This document shows, one piece after another, positions 1 through 8,720 of a stretch of DNA of 32,000 bases (positions within the stretch are counted from its first letter, which is position 1; every line of letters begins with the position of its first letter). Source of the stretch: an uncultured archaeon (GTDB lineage: Archaea; Iainarchaeota; Iainarchaeia; Iainarchaeales; JAAZKV01); the NCBI GenBank assembly GCA_964551375.1, contig CAZKBG010000001.1, forward strand, positions 300,001-332,000. The letters are read 5' to 3'. Made by a program: the position numbers and the translations under genes. The notes beneath the pieces are model-generated. The model was not told where the DNA came from and did not search any database. It saw only the letters and a list, made by a program, of their open reading frames with translations.

Positions 1-81
1 AGCGTTTTTCCGCAGAGCATAATTGTGCTTGGGAAAACAAATGAAAAAGAAATTGAGGCGCTAACAAATCTGCACAAGTAA
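1..81 (+). CDS. 3' end of an unidentified CDS that starts upstream of the window
   Basis: Frame 1 is open from position 1 (SVFPQSIIVLGKTNEKEIEALTNLHK) to TAA at 79-81. No recognisable motif. Confidence 0.3.
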   Translation, partial: SVFPQSIIVLGKTNEKEIEALTNLHK

Positions 82-117
82 GCGCTTACGCTTGCAAAAT
101 TAAAGGAAGTTGATTTT

Positions 118-411
118 ATGACAATCACTGAAAAGGAAATTATTGAAAAAGTTGAAAAATATGAAAAACTCACTACGAGAGGGTTAAAAGAAATCAAATT
201 CAAAAAAAATTTAAGCGAAATCGAAAAAGCAACTGCTGAAGATTTTCTTTCAATGGCAAAAAACTATTATAATGACGCAAAATATTTCAAAAAAGAAGGA
301 AAACTGCTCACTTCGCTTGCCGCTTTCTCATACGCCCACGCATGGCTTGATGCGGGAGTGAGAGCAAAAGTATTTATTGCAACTGACGACCAGCTATTTA
401 CTCTTCCTTAG
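118..411 (+). CDS. DUF357-like small archaeal protein
   Basis: 97-aa ATG ORF. The C-terminal YAHAWLDAGVRA motif and overall helical pattern match my recollection of the archaeal DUF357 family. Confidence 0.6.
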   Translation: MTITEKEIIEKVEKYEKLTTRGLKEIKFKKNLSEIEKATAEDFLSMAKNYYNDAKYFKKEGKLLTSLAAFSYAHAWLDAGVRAKVFIATDDQLFTLP

Positions 412-482
412 ATTATGGCTCTAATTAACTAATTGGCTTCTGATAAAGCAAGCTTTAAATAGAGCTACTTCATAATCTTAGC

Positions 483-995
483 ATGTCGCTTTACGGACCA
501 AAAATCAGAATGCCAAAAGTTGATATGCCTAACCCCGGCAATCCTTCATGGAATCTTGAAAAGGAGAAAAAAATCGCAATTTTTATTGCCGCGGCAATAA
601 TAATTGTAATAATTGCAGTATTTGCAGTTCCTTACCTTCTTAACGGCGCTTCAGGAATTATTGGAAACATTGGGGAAGCAAACGGAGTAAGTTTGAGCTG
701 GAATAATAACCCCCTTGATTTAAAGAAAAACCCAACTGAATATGCGACTCTTACTATTGAGTTTACTAATACTGGAAAATTTGAAAAAACAATTAATTTT
801 GAAATAATGAACCCTTACCCTGAGCTTTTGGATGTATGCAGCGCGGATAAACTTGAAACAATGCTCCCCGGAGATAAAAGAACTGTAAACTGCTTATTTA
901 GAAGAAACGGCGAAATCTTCACTGGAACTTATTCAATTGAAGTTGCTTCAAATGTTGGAAATGCAAAGACAAAGCTTGAAATAATTGCGAAGTAA
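483..995 (+). CDS. hypothetical membrane-anchored extracytoplasmic protein
   Basis: 170-aa ATG ORF with one N-terminal TM helix (IAIFIAAAIIIVIIAVFAVPYLL) followed by a beta-rich domain. A TTTAAATA box lies about 25 nt upstream of the ATG. Confidence 0.65.
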   Translation: MSLYGPKIRMPKVDMPNPGNPSWNLEKEKKIAIFIAAAIIIVIIAVFAVPYLLNGASGIIGNIGEANGVSLSWNNNPLDLKKNPTEYATLTIEFTNTGKFEKTINFEIMNPYPELLDVCSADKLETMLPGDKRTVNCLFRRNGEIFTGTYSIEVASNVGNAKTKLEIIAK

Positions 996-1084
996 AAAAA
1001 TTAATCCATCCAATCAAAGCCGCTGCTACTCAAATTTTCACTAAATCGGAATATATTTAACCACAAGCGCGCTTTTGTTTTGAA

Positions 1085-1525
1085 ATGGTTAGCGCAACTG
1101 ATTATGACAGATACCTTGCAAATAAAGCAGCGGCGCTTATTAGGGAAAACTTCGCAGACAAAGGAGTGACAAATCTTTTAGTAGTAAAGTGGGGCGGAAA
1201 ATGGAGAAATAAACTCGGACATATCACCCCCTTAAAAAACAGCGAGTATGGCTCAATGATTGAAATTAACTCCTTAATGAAGTCACTTGATGTGCCTGAA
1301 TTTGTGCTTGAATATGTTTTGATGCATGAACTAACGCACTACTTTCAGGGATTTGGAAGCAACCATCAAAGAAAACACAAACACCCTCACAGAGGAGGGA
1401 TTGTGGAAAAAGAGCTTGCAAGGCACGGATGGGAAGAAATTACTGAAAAATCTGAAAAGTGGATTAAAGAAAACTGGCGAAATGTCCTTGTAAAAGAAGG
1501 CGCGATAAAAGAAAGAGCTCGCTAA
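1085..1525 (+). CDS. SprT/DUF45-like zinc metallopeptidase-fold protein
   Basis: 146-aa ORF with an HExxH motif (VLMHELTHYF) preceded by the W-G-x-K-LG...I-x-IN pattern typical of YgjP/SprT-like proteins. Confidence 0.55.
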   Translation: MVSATDYDRYLANKAAALIRENFADKGVTNLLVVKWGGKWRNKLGHITPLKNSEYGSMIEINSLMKSLDVPEFVLEYVLMHELTHYFQGFGSNHQRKHKHPHRGGIVEKELARHGWEEITEKSEKWIKENWRNVLVKEGAIKERAR

Positions 1526-1568
1526 ATGCAAAACTTCCTGCGCTTACAATTAACTGATTTAAAAAGAT

Positions 1569-3401
1569 TTAATGAACGGGCCTATATGTCTCTCCGCGCT
1601 TATATTTTTTCTCTTCATCAGCCTTTTCGCGAAGATAAGACAAGTACTCATGCTTATAATTTTGAACATGAAATAGCTTTCCAGTATCAAGGAATTTTGA
1701 AATATTCTCAAGGAAAACATTTGAGCCCATAACAGAAGGCATTGCAACAAAATCAACTCCTTCTTCATAAAAGTGCAAAGTGTCCGAGAAATAGTGCGCA
1801 AGCGCAAAGGTTGTCAAATTAGGAGCGTATGCTTTTGCATCATCAAGCATTTTCATAGAATTCTTCTTATCCATTATTGTGGAAACCAAAAGCTTTGCCT
1901 GCCTCAAGTCAAGCCTGTCCCAGATTGAATTTGATTCAGAAGTACCGTAAAAATAAGGCAACCCGTCAGCCACGCCCTGCTTTACAACTTCAGGGTCGTA
2001 ATCAATCACAATTACCTGGTGCCCCCTCATAAGCGCCTTAGCAAGCCCCCTTCCAACAGTCCCTCCTCCGATAATCACAACATGGTCCTTAAGCTGATGC
2101 TTGCTTGGAAGCGATTCAATCTCCTCGATTTTTCTTGTAAAATACTTCCGTCTAAGAGACTTAGGAAGACGCTCCGCCTCATCATAAAACAACTGCGCAA
2201 TCTTGCTGGAAGAATGAGTAAGATACGGAGTCACAATCATTGAAATTGCCGTAATCAAAATTATAAAAGAAAACAAATCAGGAGGAAGAACAGGCTGCCC
2301 CATAGCTGTAAGAGTTACTGCGCCAATTCCAGCTATTTCAAATCCAAACTCTGAAACCTGCCCAAGGCTTATTCCCACCCTTACGCCCATTTTGCTTCCA
2401 TAACCTGCAATCAATGTCATTGCAAATAAAATCAAAGGCTTTATAACGAAGATTAAAGCAACAATAATTGCCATCAAAATTACAGGAAGAGTGCCGAAAG
2501 TAAAACTCAACTGAGCGCCCAAAGACACAAAGAATATTATTAGGAAAAAATCACGTAGTGCCCTTACTCTTGAAAAAATTTCGGAGTTATAAGCGAGTGT
2601 GCTAAGCGAAAGTCCTCCAATAAATGCCCCGATTGGAGCCGGAATGTTAAGCACAAAACTAATTCCTATAAAAATAAATGCGGTAGCAATACTAACTACA
2701 TAGAAAAGCTCCTGCTCTTCAGAAGCTATTTCAAAAAGCTTTGGGAAAATAAACTTGTTTGCAATAAGCGCAAGCACAATTAGAAGAACGCTCTTAAGAA
2801 CAATAAACGCGACAAATTGAATTGAATGAATCTCGCCAATATTTGCCAGAAGCGGATAAAAGAAAACTATAACAAAATCCTGCAAAAGCAGTATTGACAC
2901 CATCAGCCGCCCGCTAAGCGTGTTTATCTCATTTTTGTCCGACAAAATTTTAACAACAACCATTGTTGAAGAAAATGCAACAATTATTCCTACAAAAAGC
3001 GCCTGCTCCACTGTCAAAAGCCCAAAAGGAACTGTAAGCAAAAAAGCAAGCCCAATAACAATAAGCACTTGAAGGACAGTCCCTGCAAGAATTGTTTTGC
3101 CGATATTTCTAAGCCTTTGAAGCGAAGTTTCAATTCCTATTGAAAATAACAAAAATGCAACCCCAAGCGTCGAAAGCAAAGTAATTTCTGGAGTGATTTC
3201 ATGAATCCCAATAAAAATCTGGCTCTCTCCAAGAGAAAAACTAATATTGCCAAGCACAAGCGGTCCGATTAAAACTCCCGCAATTATGTAAGTCAAAAGA
3301 GTAGGTTGTTTGAATTTTCTTAAAAGAACATTAACAATCGCAGCAGCAATCACAATTACAGCAATATGCGCAAAAAATGTCAGCGCAGTAAGTTCAGACA
3401 A
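1569..3401 (-). CDS. Kef-type (CPA2) monovalent cation:proton antiporter with C-terminal RCK/TrkA-N domain
   Basis: 610 aa. About 12-13 TM helices are followed by a Rossmann GxGxxG motif (VVIIGGGTVGRGLAKAL). The start is a TTG codon. Confidence 0.85.
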   Translation of the reverse strand: MSELTALTFFAHIAVIVIAAAIVNVLLRKFKQPTLLTYIIAGVLIGPLVLGNISFSLGESQIFIGIHEITPEITLLSTLGVAFLLFSIGIETSLQRLRNIGKTILAGTVLQVLIVIGLAFLLTVPFGLLTVEQALFVGIIVAFSSTMVVVKILSDKNEINTLSGRLMVSILLLQDFVIVFFYPLLANIGEIHSIQFVAFIVLKSVLLIVLALIANKFIFPKLFEIASEEQELFYVVSIATAFIFIGISFVLNIPAPIGAFIGGLSLSTLAYNSEIFSRVRALRDFFLIIFFVSLGAQLSFTFGTLPVILMAIIVALIFVIKPLILFAMTLIAGYGSKMGVRVGISLGQVSEFGFEIAGIGAVTLTAMGQPVLPPDLFSFIILITAISMIVTPYLTHSSSKIAQLFYDEAERLPKSLRRKYFTRKIEEIESLPSKHQLKDHVVIIGGGTVGRGLAKALMRGHQVIVIDYDPEVVKQGVADGLPYFYGTSESNSIWDRLDLRQAKLLVSTIMDKKNSMKMLDDAKAYAPNLTTFALAHYFSDTLHFYEEGVDFVAMPSVMGSNVFLENISKFLDTGKLFHVQNYKHEYLSYLREKADEEKKYKRGETYRPVH

Positions 3402-3477
3402 TCAAATCAACCCGAGGCCAAAAACCTGAATAACTAACGTATTTTTGGTTTAAAATGTTTTCTAATGCATTTTTGGA

Positions 3478-4890
3478 TTAGTTTTGAGCCTGTTTAGCTA
3501 AAATAGTGCCGTCTTTATTGTCAATTAGTTCAATTCCCTGTTTCTTCAATAAATTCCTTATTTCATCCGCTTTCTTCCAGTTTTTTGACTTCTTTGCATT
3601 TATTCTTTCTTCAATCAACTTCTTTTGCTCGTCAGTAAGCTCAAAATACTTTTCAGTAAAATCAAAAACGCCAAGAACAGAATCAACTTTTTTCAAAAAC
3701 TCAATCGCTTCATTTGCAGAATCCTTATCAATTTCCCCCAAGTCAATCAGCTTGTTAATCTGCTTTGCAAAATCAAAAACATGCATCATTGCCTGAGGAA
3801 CGTTTAAGTCGTTGTCCATGGAGTTAGTAAATCCTTCGGTTGCTTTATCAACAAATATTTTAATCGAAGAGCCTTTGATATACCCATTAATTGTCCGAAG
3901 CCTTTCAACAAGATTGTTTATCCCAAAAAGAGTTTTCTCAGCATCATGAACTGACTCAATTGTAAAATTTAGCGGCTGCCTATACTGGGAGTAAAGCAAA
4001 ACATACCTGATTGCTTTTGGGCTCAACCCCATTTTCAATAAATCCCTTAATGTATAAAAATTTCCAAGACTCTTGGACATTTTCATTCCATTAACCATTA
4101 AGTGGGCGCAGTGAAGCCAATAATTCACAAACTTTTTCCCGCTCGCAGCTTCGCTTTGGGCAATCTCATTCTCATGATGAGGAAATTTATTGTCAATTCC
4201 GCCGCAGTGAATATCAAAAGTATCTCCAAGGTTTTTAGCGCTCATCGCAGAGCATTCAATATGCCAGCCCGGCCTTCCTTTTCCTAAATCAGTTTCCCAA
4301 TAAGCAGGGCCGTCAGCCTCATCCCATGCTTTCCAAAGCGCAAAATCCCCCACGCCCTCTTTTTCATACTCATCCTGCTTTACTCTCGCCCCTGATTTTA
4401 GTTTCTTAGGATCAAGTCCTGCAAGTTTTCCATAATTCTTGAATTTTTTAATTGAATAATAAATGCAGCCGTCTTCGCCCTTATACGCAATTCCATGCTT
4501 CATTAATTTATGAATCAACTCAACCATTTCAGGAATATACTGCGTTGCTTCAGGATAGACATCCGCAGGAATAATATTTAATGCCTGCAAATCTTCCACA
4601 AAAGCTTTCTTGAAAGGAGCAGTGTACTCATAAATTGAAACTTTTTTCTCGTTTGCGTGCTTGATTATTTTATCCTCAACATCAGTGAAATTCATCACAT
4701 GCTTTACCTTAAATCCCTTGAAAATCAAGTAGCGCTTCAATAAATCTTCCCAAGTATAAGCTCGCATATTCCCGATATGCGCATAATTGTAAATAGTTGG
4801 CCCGCAAGTGTAAAGCCCCACATGCCCCGCTTTTATCGGCTTAAACTCTTCCAGCTTGTTTCCAAAAGAATTTAGGAACTTTAAACCCAT
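3478..4890 (-). CDS. cysS: cysteine--tRNA ligase
   Basis: Class I HIGH-type motif (YNYAHIGNMRAY), KMSKS motif (KMSKSLGN) and the WHIECS zinc/cysteine-binding motif. I prefer the ATG at 4890 (MGLKFLNS...) over the upstream GTG at 4899. Confidence 0.95.
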   Translation of the reverse strand: MGLKFLNSFGNKLEEFKPIKAGHVGLYTCGPTIYNYAHIGNMRAYTWEDLLKRYLIFKGFKVKHVMNFTDVEDKIIKHANEKKVSIYEYTAPFKKAFVEDLQALNIIPADVYPEATQYIPEMVELIHKLMKHGIAYKGEDGCIYYSIKKFKNYGKLAGLDPKKLKSGARVKQDEYEKEGVGDFALWKAWDEADGPAYWETDLGKGRPGWHIECSAMSAKNLGDTFDIHCGGIDNKFPHHENEIAQSEAASGKKFVNYWLHCAHLMVNGMKMSKSLGNFYTLRDLLKMGLSPKAIRYVLLYSQYRQPLNFTIESVHDAEKTLFGINNLVERLRTINGYIKGSSIKIFVDKATEGFTNSMDNDLNVPQAMMHVFDFAKQINKLIDLGEIDKDSANEAIEFLKKVDSVLGVFDFTEKYFELTDEQKKLIEERINAKKSKNWKKADEIRNLLKKQGIELIDNKDGTILAKQAQN

Positions 4891-5099
4891 ACAAACCACA
4901 AATATTAGTTTTAGAAATCTTTATCAGTCTATTCCTTGGCTAAATTTGATTTTAAACCCTTAAAAATAAGCCCCCAGCATCTTTTTTCAAAATGCCGTCC
5001 AGGGCCCGCAACTGATTCCATTGTCCTTTCAATTACATTCAATAAGCCAAGCACAATATAATATTTCTTTGAAGATTCATTTGAAATTGTTTCATTCAG

Positions 5100-5576
5100 T
5101 CAAAACGGCTTGGTTTTGTGAGTCTTAAGGTATGATATATACCGCCCAATAAACTCAGCAGTTCTTGTATGCCCTTCAGCCTGCCCCTTATTGTCAGCAA
5201 CTCTTAATGCATTACTTGCCGCCCTTTCAGAATCTCTTTTTCTTGCTTCGAGCCAGCTGATAAACTCGCGGGCGCTTTTTTGAGGGTCTTTTCCAAGTCT
5301 GGCCCGAAAATCAGCGCTAAATTGCTTTAATCTTCTTGCGTTTTCAGCATTATGCATCTCTTCCGTAAATGTAAGCGCATCGCGAAGAGCAGTGAATTTT
5401 GCAGCAACAGCTTTAGCTTTCATTTCGCTAGCAACTTTTGCCCTAACAACACGATTTGCCTCAATTCCTTTAGCATCAGAGCCAAAGTTAAACAGCATTT
5501 GCTTAGGCTTTCTTTTTTCATTGCCTTTCTTTTTCCCGCCGCCATTAGGCACATTAGGAGACATAAGTATATTCAT
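5100..5576 (-). CDS. hypothetical basic, helical protein
   Basis: 158-aa ATG ORF with a Lys/Arg-rich N-terminus. It lies 65 nt downstream of, and on the same strand as, the LysW-like gene. No recognisable family. Confidence 0.6.
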   Translation of the reverse strand: MNILMSPNVPNGGGKKKGNEKRKPKQMLFNFGSDAKGIEANRVVRAKVASEMKAKAVAAKFTALRDALTFTEEMHNAENARRLKQFSADFRARLGKDPQKSAREFISWLEARKRDSERAASNALRVADNKGQAEGHTRTAEFIGRYISYLKTHKTKPF

Positions 5577-5641
5577 TATTTGAAATATTTAAAGTTGCCC
5601 TAAACTGAACAAAAATAGATTTTTGATTCAATTTGGCATTG

Positions 5642-5863
5642 CTAGTCAGAATCATAGTCTTCAGAAGCAGAATCACTGCCCTCTTCTTCCTCTTCATCTT
5701 CCATTTCAAGCTCTTTGCTTTCAATAAGCTTTAGATTTCCTTTCTTGTCAGCAACGATGGTGTATTCAAGATTGCATTCAGGGCAAGCCACTGCGTCCCC
5801 TTCTTCCATATCCACGACTTCAACGTCAAAACGCGCCTTACATTCAGAGCAAAGTTTCTTCAT
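5642..5863 (-). CDS. LysW-like zinc-ribbon protein with poly-acidic C-terminal tail (candidate carrier or substrate protein)
   Basis: 73 aa. It has CxxC-17-CxxC (CSEC...CPEC) with the GDAVACPECNLEYTIV strand pattern seen in LysW/ArgW. The tail is ELEMEDEEEEEGSDSASEDYDSD. A TATA box lies upstream. Confidence 0.7.
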   Translation of the reverse strand: MKKLCSECKARFDVEVVDMEEGDAVACPECNLEYTIVADKKGNLKLIESKELEMEDEEEEEGSDSASEDYDSD

Positions 5864-5895
5864 CCATCATCACAATTATTTTCCCCTCATTTTCC

Positions 5896-5903
5896 TTTAT
5901 AAA
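5896..5903 (-). promoter_or_regulatory. TATA-box-like element for the LysW-like gene
   Basis: TTTATAAA lies 33-40 nt upstream of the ATG at 5863. It is preceded on the minus strand by the AATCGCTGATTT motif at 5919-5930. Confidence 0.45.
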
Positions 5904-5978
5904 TCTTACTTGTCTTTCAAATCAGCGATTAAGCAAGTTATATGCGGTTTATTAGGGGCTCGCTTAAAAAAAAGCGAA

Positions 5979-6542
5979 TTAAACAATTAGTTTTAGAAGA
6001 ATTCCTGAAATAAATGAGATAATCAAAGCATTCAGCACAAGCACTATAATCCAGTTAATAAATAACGAAGCGCCTTTTTTTGAAGTAACAACTTTAAGCA
6101 TCTTAAATGAAGCAACAAGCCATCCGATTAATAGAATAACAAAAATTACTCCAAAAATTATCAATACCGCTAAGAACGCCAAGTTAGGAAGAAAAGGCAT
6201 TATAAGAATTAAAATAAGCATCAGAACTGAAGAAAGCAAATTAATCTGCCAAAGCTTTGAAGTCACCGAAGCGCTCTCGGAGAATGAAACATATTCAGAA
6301 CCCTTTTTCTTTCTTGTATGAGCAACGCTGAAAAACCAAACTAAAACAGCTAAAACAAGCCACTGAACAAAATTAAGAACCAAGAAAAATGCGGCAATAA
6401 TAGGCTCCTTTGTAAGAAGATACGATGAAACTGCAAAAAAGATTGCAGCAATTATGGCAACTAAAAAAGCAGCTCCTCCGCTTGGATGAGCAAGTGTTTC
6501 TTCAAACGCCTTTGTGGGGCTAAAAACCACGCTTAGAACCAT
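5979..6542 (-). CDS. multi-pass membrane protein (Yip1-domain-like)
   Basis: 187 aa with about 5 TM helices. The N-terminal FSPTKAFEE...GGAAFLV pattern resembles Yip1-type membrane proteins. The family call is tentative. Confidence 0.6.
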   Translation of the reverse strand: MVLSVVFSPTKAFEETLAHPSGGAAFLVAIIAAIFFAVSSYLLTKEPIIAAFFLVLNFVQWLVLAVLVWFFSVAHTRKKKGSEYVSFSESASVTSKLWQINLLSSVLMLILILIMPFLPNLAFLAVLIIFGVIFVILLIGWLVASFKMLKVVTSKKGASLFINWIIVLVLNALIISFISGILLKLIV

Positions 6543-6685
6543 GAAACCACTAACTATTAACTAAATTCAAATATATAAAGTTACTCTCTTAAATCCAAAA
6601 ACAATAACTTACAGTAACTTCGACTTTTTTTTATAACATCCCCGCACTTGCTTCTTGCCTGCTTTAATCCACCAGCCGCCCATTG

Positions 6686-7204
6686 CTAAAGTTCTTTTTT
6701 CATTAAAACATTATCCACTGATTTTTTGGAAACTATTGAAGCATTTTTCAAAAGCCCGTACTTTTCAAACCCAAGCTTTTTGTAAAGCTTAATTGCGGCA
6801 AGATTATTCTTATCCACTTCAAGAATCAAAAGGCTCCTGTTTTTTGAAAGCTCATTTATTACAAACTTCATTAATTTTGTTCCGATTCCTTTTCTTCTCA
6901 TTGAACTGTTTACAACAAGGGACAAAATCTGCGCCCTGTGCTTGTGAATGCTTTTGCCAAGCACCACCCTGACGTGAGCAACAACTTTCCCGTTAGAAAT
7001 TGCAACATATCTATGGTCTTTTTTCCGCCTTGTAGCTGCAAGTTTTTTTTGAACAGAAGCGCGCTTCCAGTGAGGAAACAGAGAATGAACTTCATTAATC
7101 AAGTTGAGCGAAGAATCCTTCAGCTCAATAAACTCAAGAGTGGGCATTTCTTGCCGCCTCATCTTTTTCATCTTCAATTCTAAATCTTTTTCTCTCGCTT
7201 GCAT
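6686..7204 (-). CDS. GNAT family N-acetyltransferase (RimI-like)
   Basis: Acetyl-CoA-binding motif RRKGIGTKLM and the C-terminal A-IKLYKKLGF-x-G motif. Alternative ATG starts at 7162 and 7147 would reduce the 71-nt overlap with the upstream gene. Confidence 0.85.
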   Translation of the reverse strand: MQAREKDLELKMKKMRRQEMPTLEFIELKDSSLNLINEVHSLFPHWKRASVQKKLAATRRKKDHRYVAISNGKVVAHVRVVLGKSIHKHRAQILSLVVNSSMRRKGIGTKLMKFVINELSKNRSLLILEVDKNNLAAIKLYKKLGFEKYGLLKNASIVSKKSVDNVLMKKEL

Positions 7205-7583
7205 CCTTTGAATCCTTCACCTTATTAGTCATGTGAGTTCTTGAAACATCAATAATAAAATTATTATGAATAATATCTCTTCCGATGATTATTGGATAAG
7301 GCAAACCTTCCCTGTCTTCAATATTAACTCCGGTCTTTATTTTTTTTCCTTTAACTAGAATAGTTGCCTGAGCAATTGCCCTTCTTGTATAACCTCTTGG
7401 CGAACTTGCGCTCTTTACTTTCACGCTTGAAAAAATAGGCCCGATTCCCGCTTTTGCGGCAAGCTTAACATCAAGACAAGTTCTTGTGGCGCCTGTATCA
7501 AACAAAGCCTTTTTGCTCACAAGCCCTTTTTTTCCTTTTATTCCAACAGTTTCAACAAGACCTATTATTCTTTTTTTAGCCAT
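7134..7583 (-). CDS. retropepsin-like aspartic peptidase of the RimK-associated family (often annotated 'ATP-dependent zinc protease')
   Basis: 149 aa. It has the D-T-G-A catalytic motif (ALFDTGATRTCLD) and the C-terminal YPIIIGRDII...IIDV motif typical of this small single-domain family. Confidence 0.75.
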   Translation of the reverse strand: MAKKRIIGLVETVGIKGKKGLVSKKALFDTGATRTCLDVKLAAKAGIGPIFSSVKVKSASSPRGYTRRAIAQATILVKGKKIKTGVNIEDREGLPYPIIIGRDIIHNNFIIDVSRTHMTNKVKDSKDASERKRFRIEDEKDEAARNAHS

Positions 7584-7664
7584 TAAATCACTTGCACTTT
7601 TTTCTAATCTCTTAGATGATAGGGAAACTGCATTATTAACCCTTTTGGTGAAAGAAAAACCTCT

Positions 7665-7681
7665 AAAAAAATCGCTGATTT
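7665..7681 (+). promoter_or_regulatory. shared intergenic motif AAAAAAATCGCTGATTT (copy 1), in the divergent promoter region
   Basis: The 14-mer AAAAAAATCGCTGA recurs exactly at 12855-12868. The 12-mer AATCGCTGATTT recurs on the minus strand at 5919-5930. All three copies are intergenic. Confidence 0.4.
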
Positions 7682-7802
7682 AAACTCAACAAAACGAGCA
7701 CTCTTTGGGGAAAGCCTTTTATAGGATTGGATATATTATGAGCGTGTTAGAGAAGCCGTTTTTTGCGCGCAAATAACTCCAAAAACAAAGGAAAAGAAAG
7801 GT

Positions 7803-8720
7803 ATGAACATTCTTATTATTGCAGAAAAAAGAACGCAAGTTAAGCCGTACATTGACTCGCTCACTGAAAGAGGACAGAGCCCAAAATACATAAGGGTTTC
7901 AAAAATAACTCTTGTAAGCAAGCAGAATGAAACTTTAATCAAATCTCTTGGAGAAGAAGTTGAAGCATATGACGCGGTGTTTATCCAGACACGCACCTCG
8001 CTTGCTCCATTCATTGAACCCCTTCTTGAAGAGCTTGAAGCGATTAATTCTTACACAAGCATAAAAAAAGGCTCATACTTTACTGGATGGAACGAGCCAT
8101 ACCAGTTTGTAACTCTTGCTCTTGCAAGCGTTCCCACTCCAAAGACAATAACAACCGCAAGCGTGAAAAATATTGAGCAACTTTCAAAGAAAATATCCTA
8201 CCCTATTTTGATTAACACTTACATTGGAAAGAAAAACCAGCAGACGCTTGTGATTAACAGCAACAGAGAGCTTAACGGATTTGTAAAAAGCATAAAAACA
8301 GAAATTGACGGATTCATGATAAGAGAATTTATTGAAGGAAATGTAATCTCAAGCATAATTGTCGGAAAAAAGACTTTTTCTGTAAAGCGAAACTATAACG
8401 GAGAAGAAGTCGAGCCGATAAAAAGCGGAAAATATTACACAATGACAGAAAGCGAAAATGAAACCGCAATAAAGGCAGCAGCCGCATGCGGGTACGACAT
8501 TGCAAGAGTGGACATGATAAAGGGAAAAGTAATCAAAGTAACTCCAATGTTTTCAATTGAAGATTTTAACAATATCTGCTCGGTAAAAATTGAAGACTCT
8601 GTTGCGGACTTTTTAATCGAGATGGCAAAAAAGCACGAAAACAAAGTGCTTGCGCCTTACGACTTTTTGGGGCTAAAGAAACTCTTAGGAAAAACAATAC
8701 TAAAGGGGCTGTTAAAATGA
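7803..8720 (+). CDS. RimK-like ATP-grasp paralog with degenerate active site (probable pseudoenzyme or adaptor)
   Basis: 305 aa, colinear with RimK. The ATP-binding VVK...GxGV loop is replaced (LINTYIGKKNQQ). The GDxRxN-HRGG motif is absent. The Mg-binding E-x-N is replaced (VIKVTPMF instead of xxEVNxxPG). Confidence 0.7.
   Translation: MNILIIAEKRTQVKPYIDSLTERGQSPKYIRVSKITLVSKQNETLIKSLGEEVEAYDAVFIQTRTSLAPFIEPLLEELEAINSYTSIKKGSYFTGWNEPYQFVTLALASVPTPKTITTASVKNIEQLSKKISYPILINTYIGKKNQQTLVINSNRELNGFVKSIKTEIDGFMIREFIEGNVISSIIVGKKTFSVKRNYNGEEVEPIKSGKYYTMTESENETAIKAAAACGYDIARVDMIKGKVIKVTPMFSIEDFNNICSVKIEDSVADFLIEMAKKHENKVLAPYDFLGLKKLLGKTILKGLLK

Noticed and set aside
1331-4287. Short ORFs at 1331-1531(-), 1526-1732(+), 1559-1807(-), 2019-2243(+), 3506-3796(+), 3625-3807(+) and 4102-4287(+).
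   Set aside because: They lie antisense to, or out of frame within, the well-supported metallopeptidase-like, Kef and cysS genes. Their products are low-complexity and Phe/Ser/Leu-rich, typical of shadow ORFs in AT-rich DNA.
4900-5099. Possible small ORFs of 18-30 codons in the 200-bp spacer upstream of cysS.
   Set aside because: They have no ribosome-binding site and very short, unconvincing composition. The region more likely holds the cysS promoter.
5642-5863. Reading the LysW-like gene as evidence for the aminoadipate lysine or LysW-dependent arginine pathway.
   Set aside because: No lysY/Z/J/K-like genes are adjacent. The neighbouring ATP-grasps look RimK-like and are paired with peptidases. 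A DAP-pathway dapA is present in the window.
7738-7776. 12-codon upstream ORF (MSVLEKPFFARK) about 20 nt downstream of a CTTTTATAGG box, a possible leaderless leader peptide ahead of the RimK operon.
   Set aside because: It is too short to evaluate and shows no attenuator-like structure or relevant codon bias. It is noted only as a possibility.
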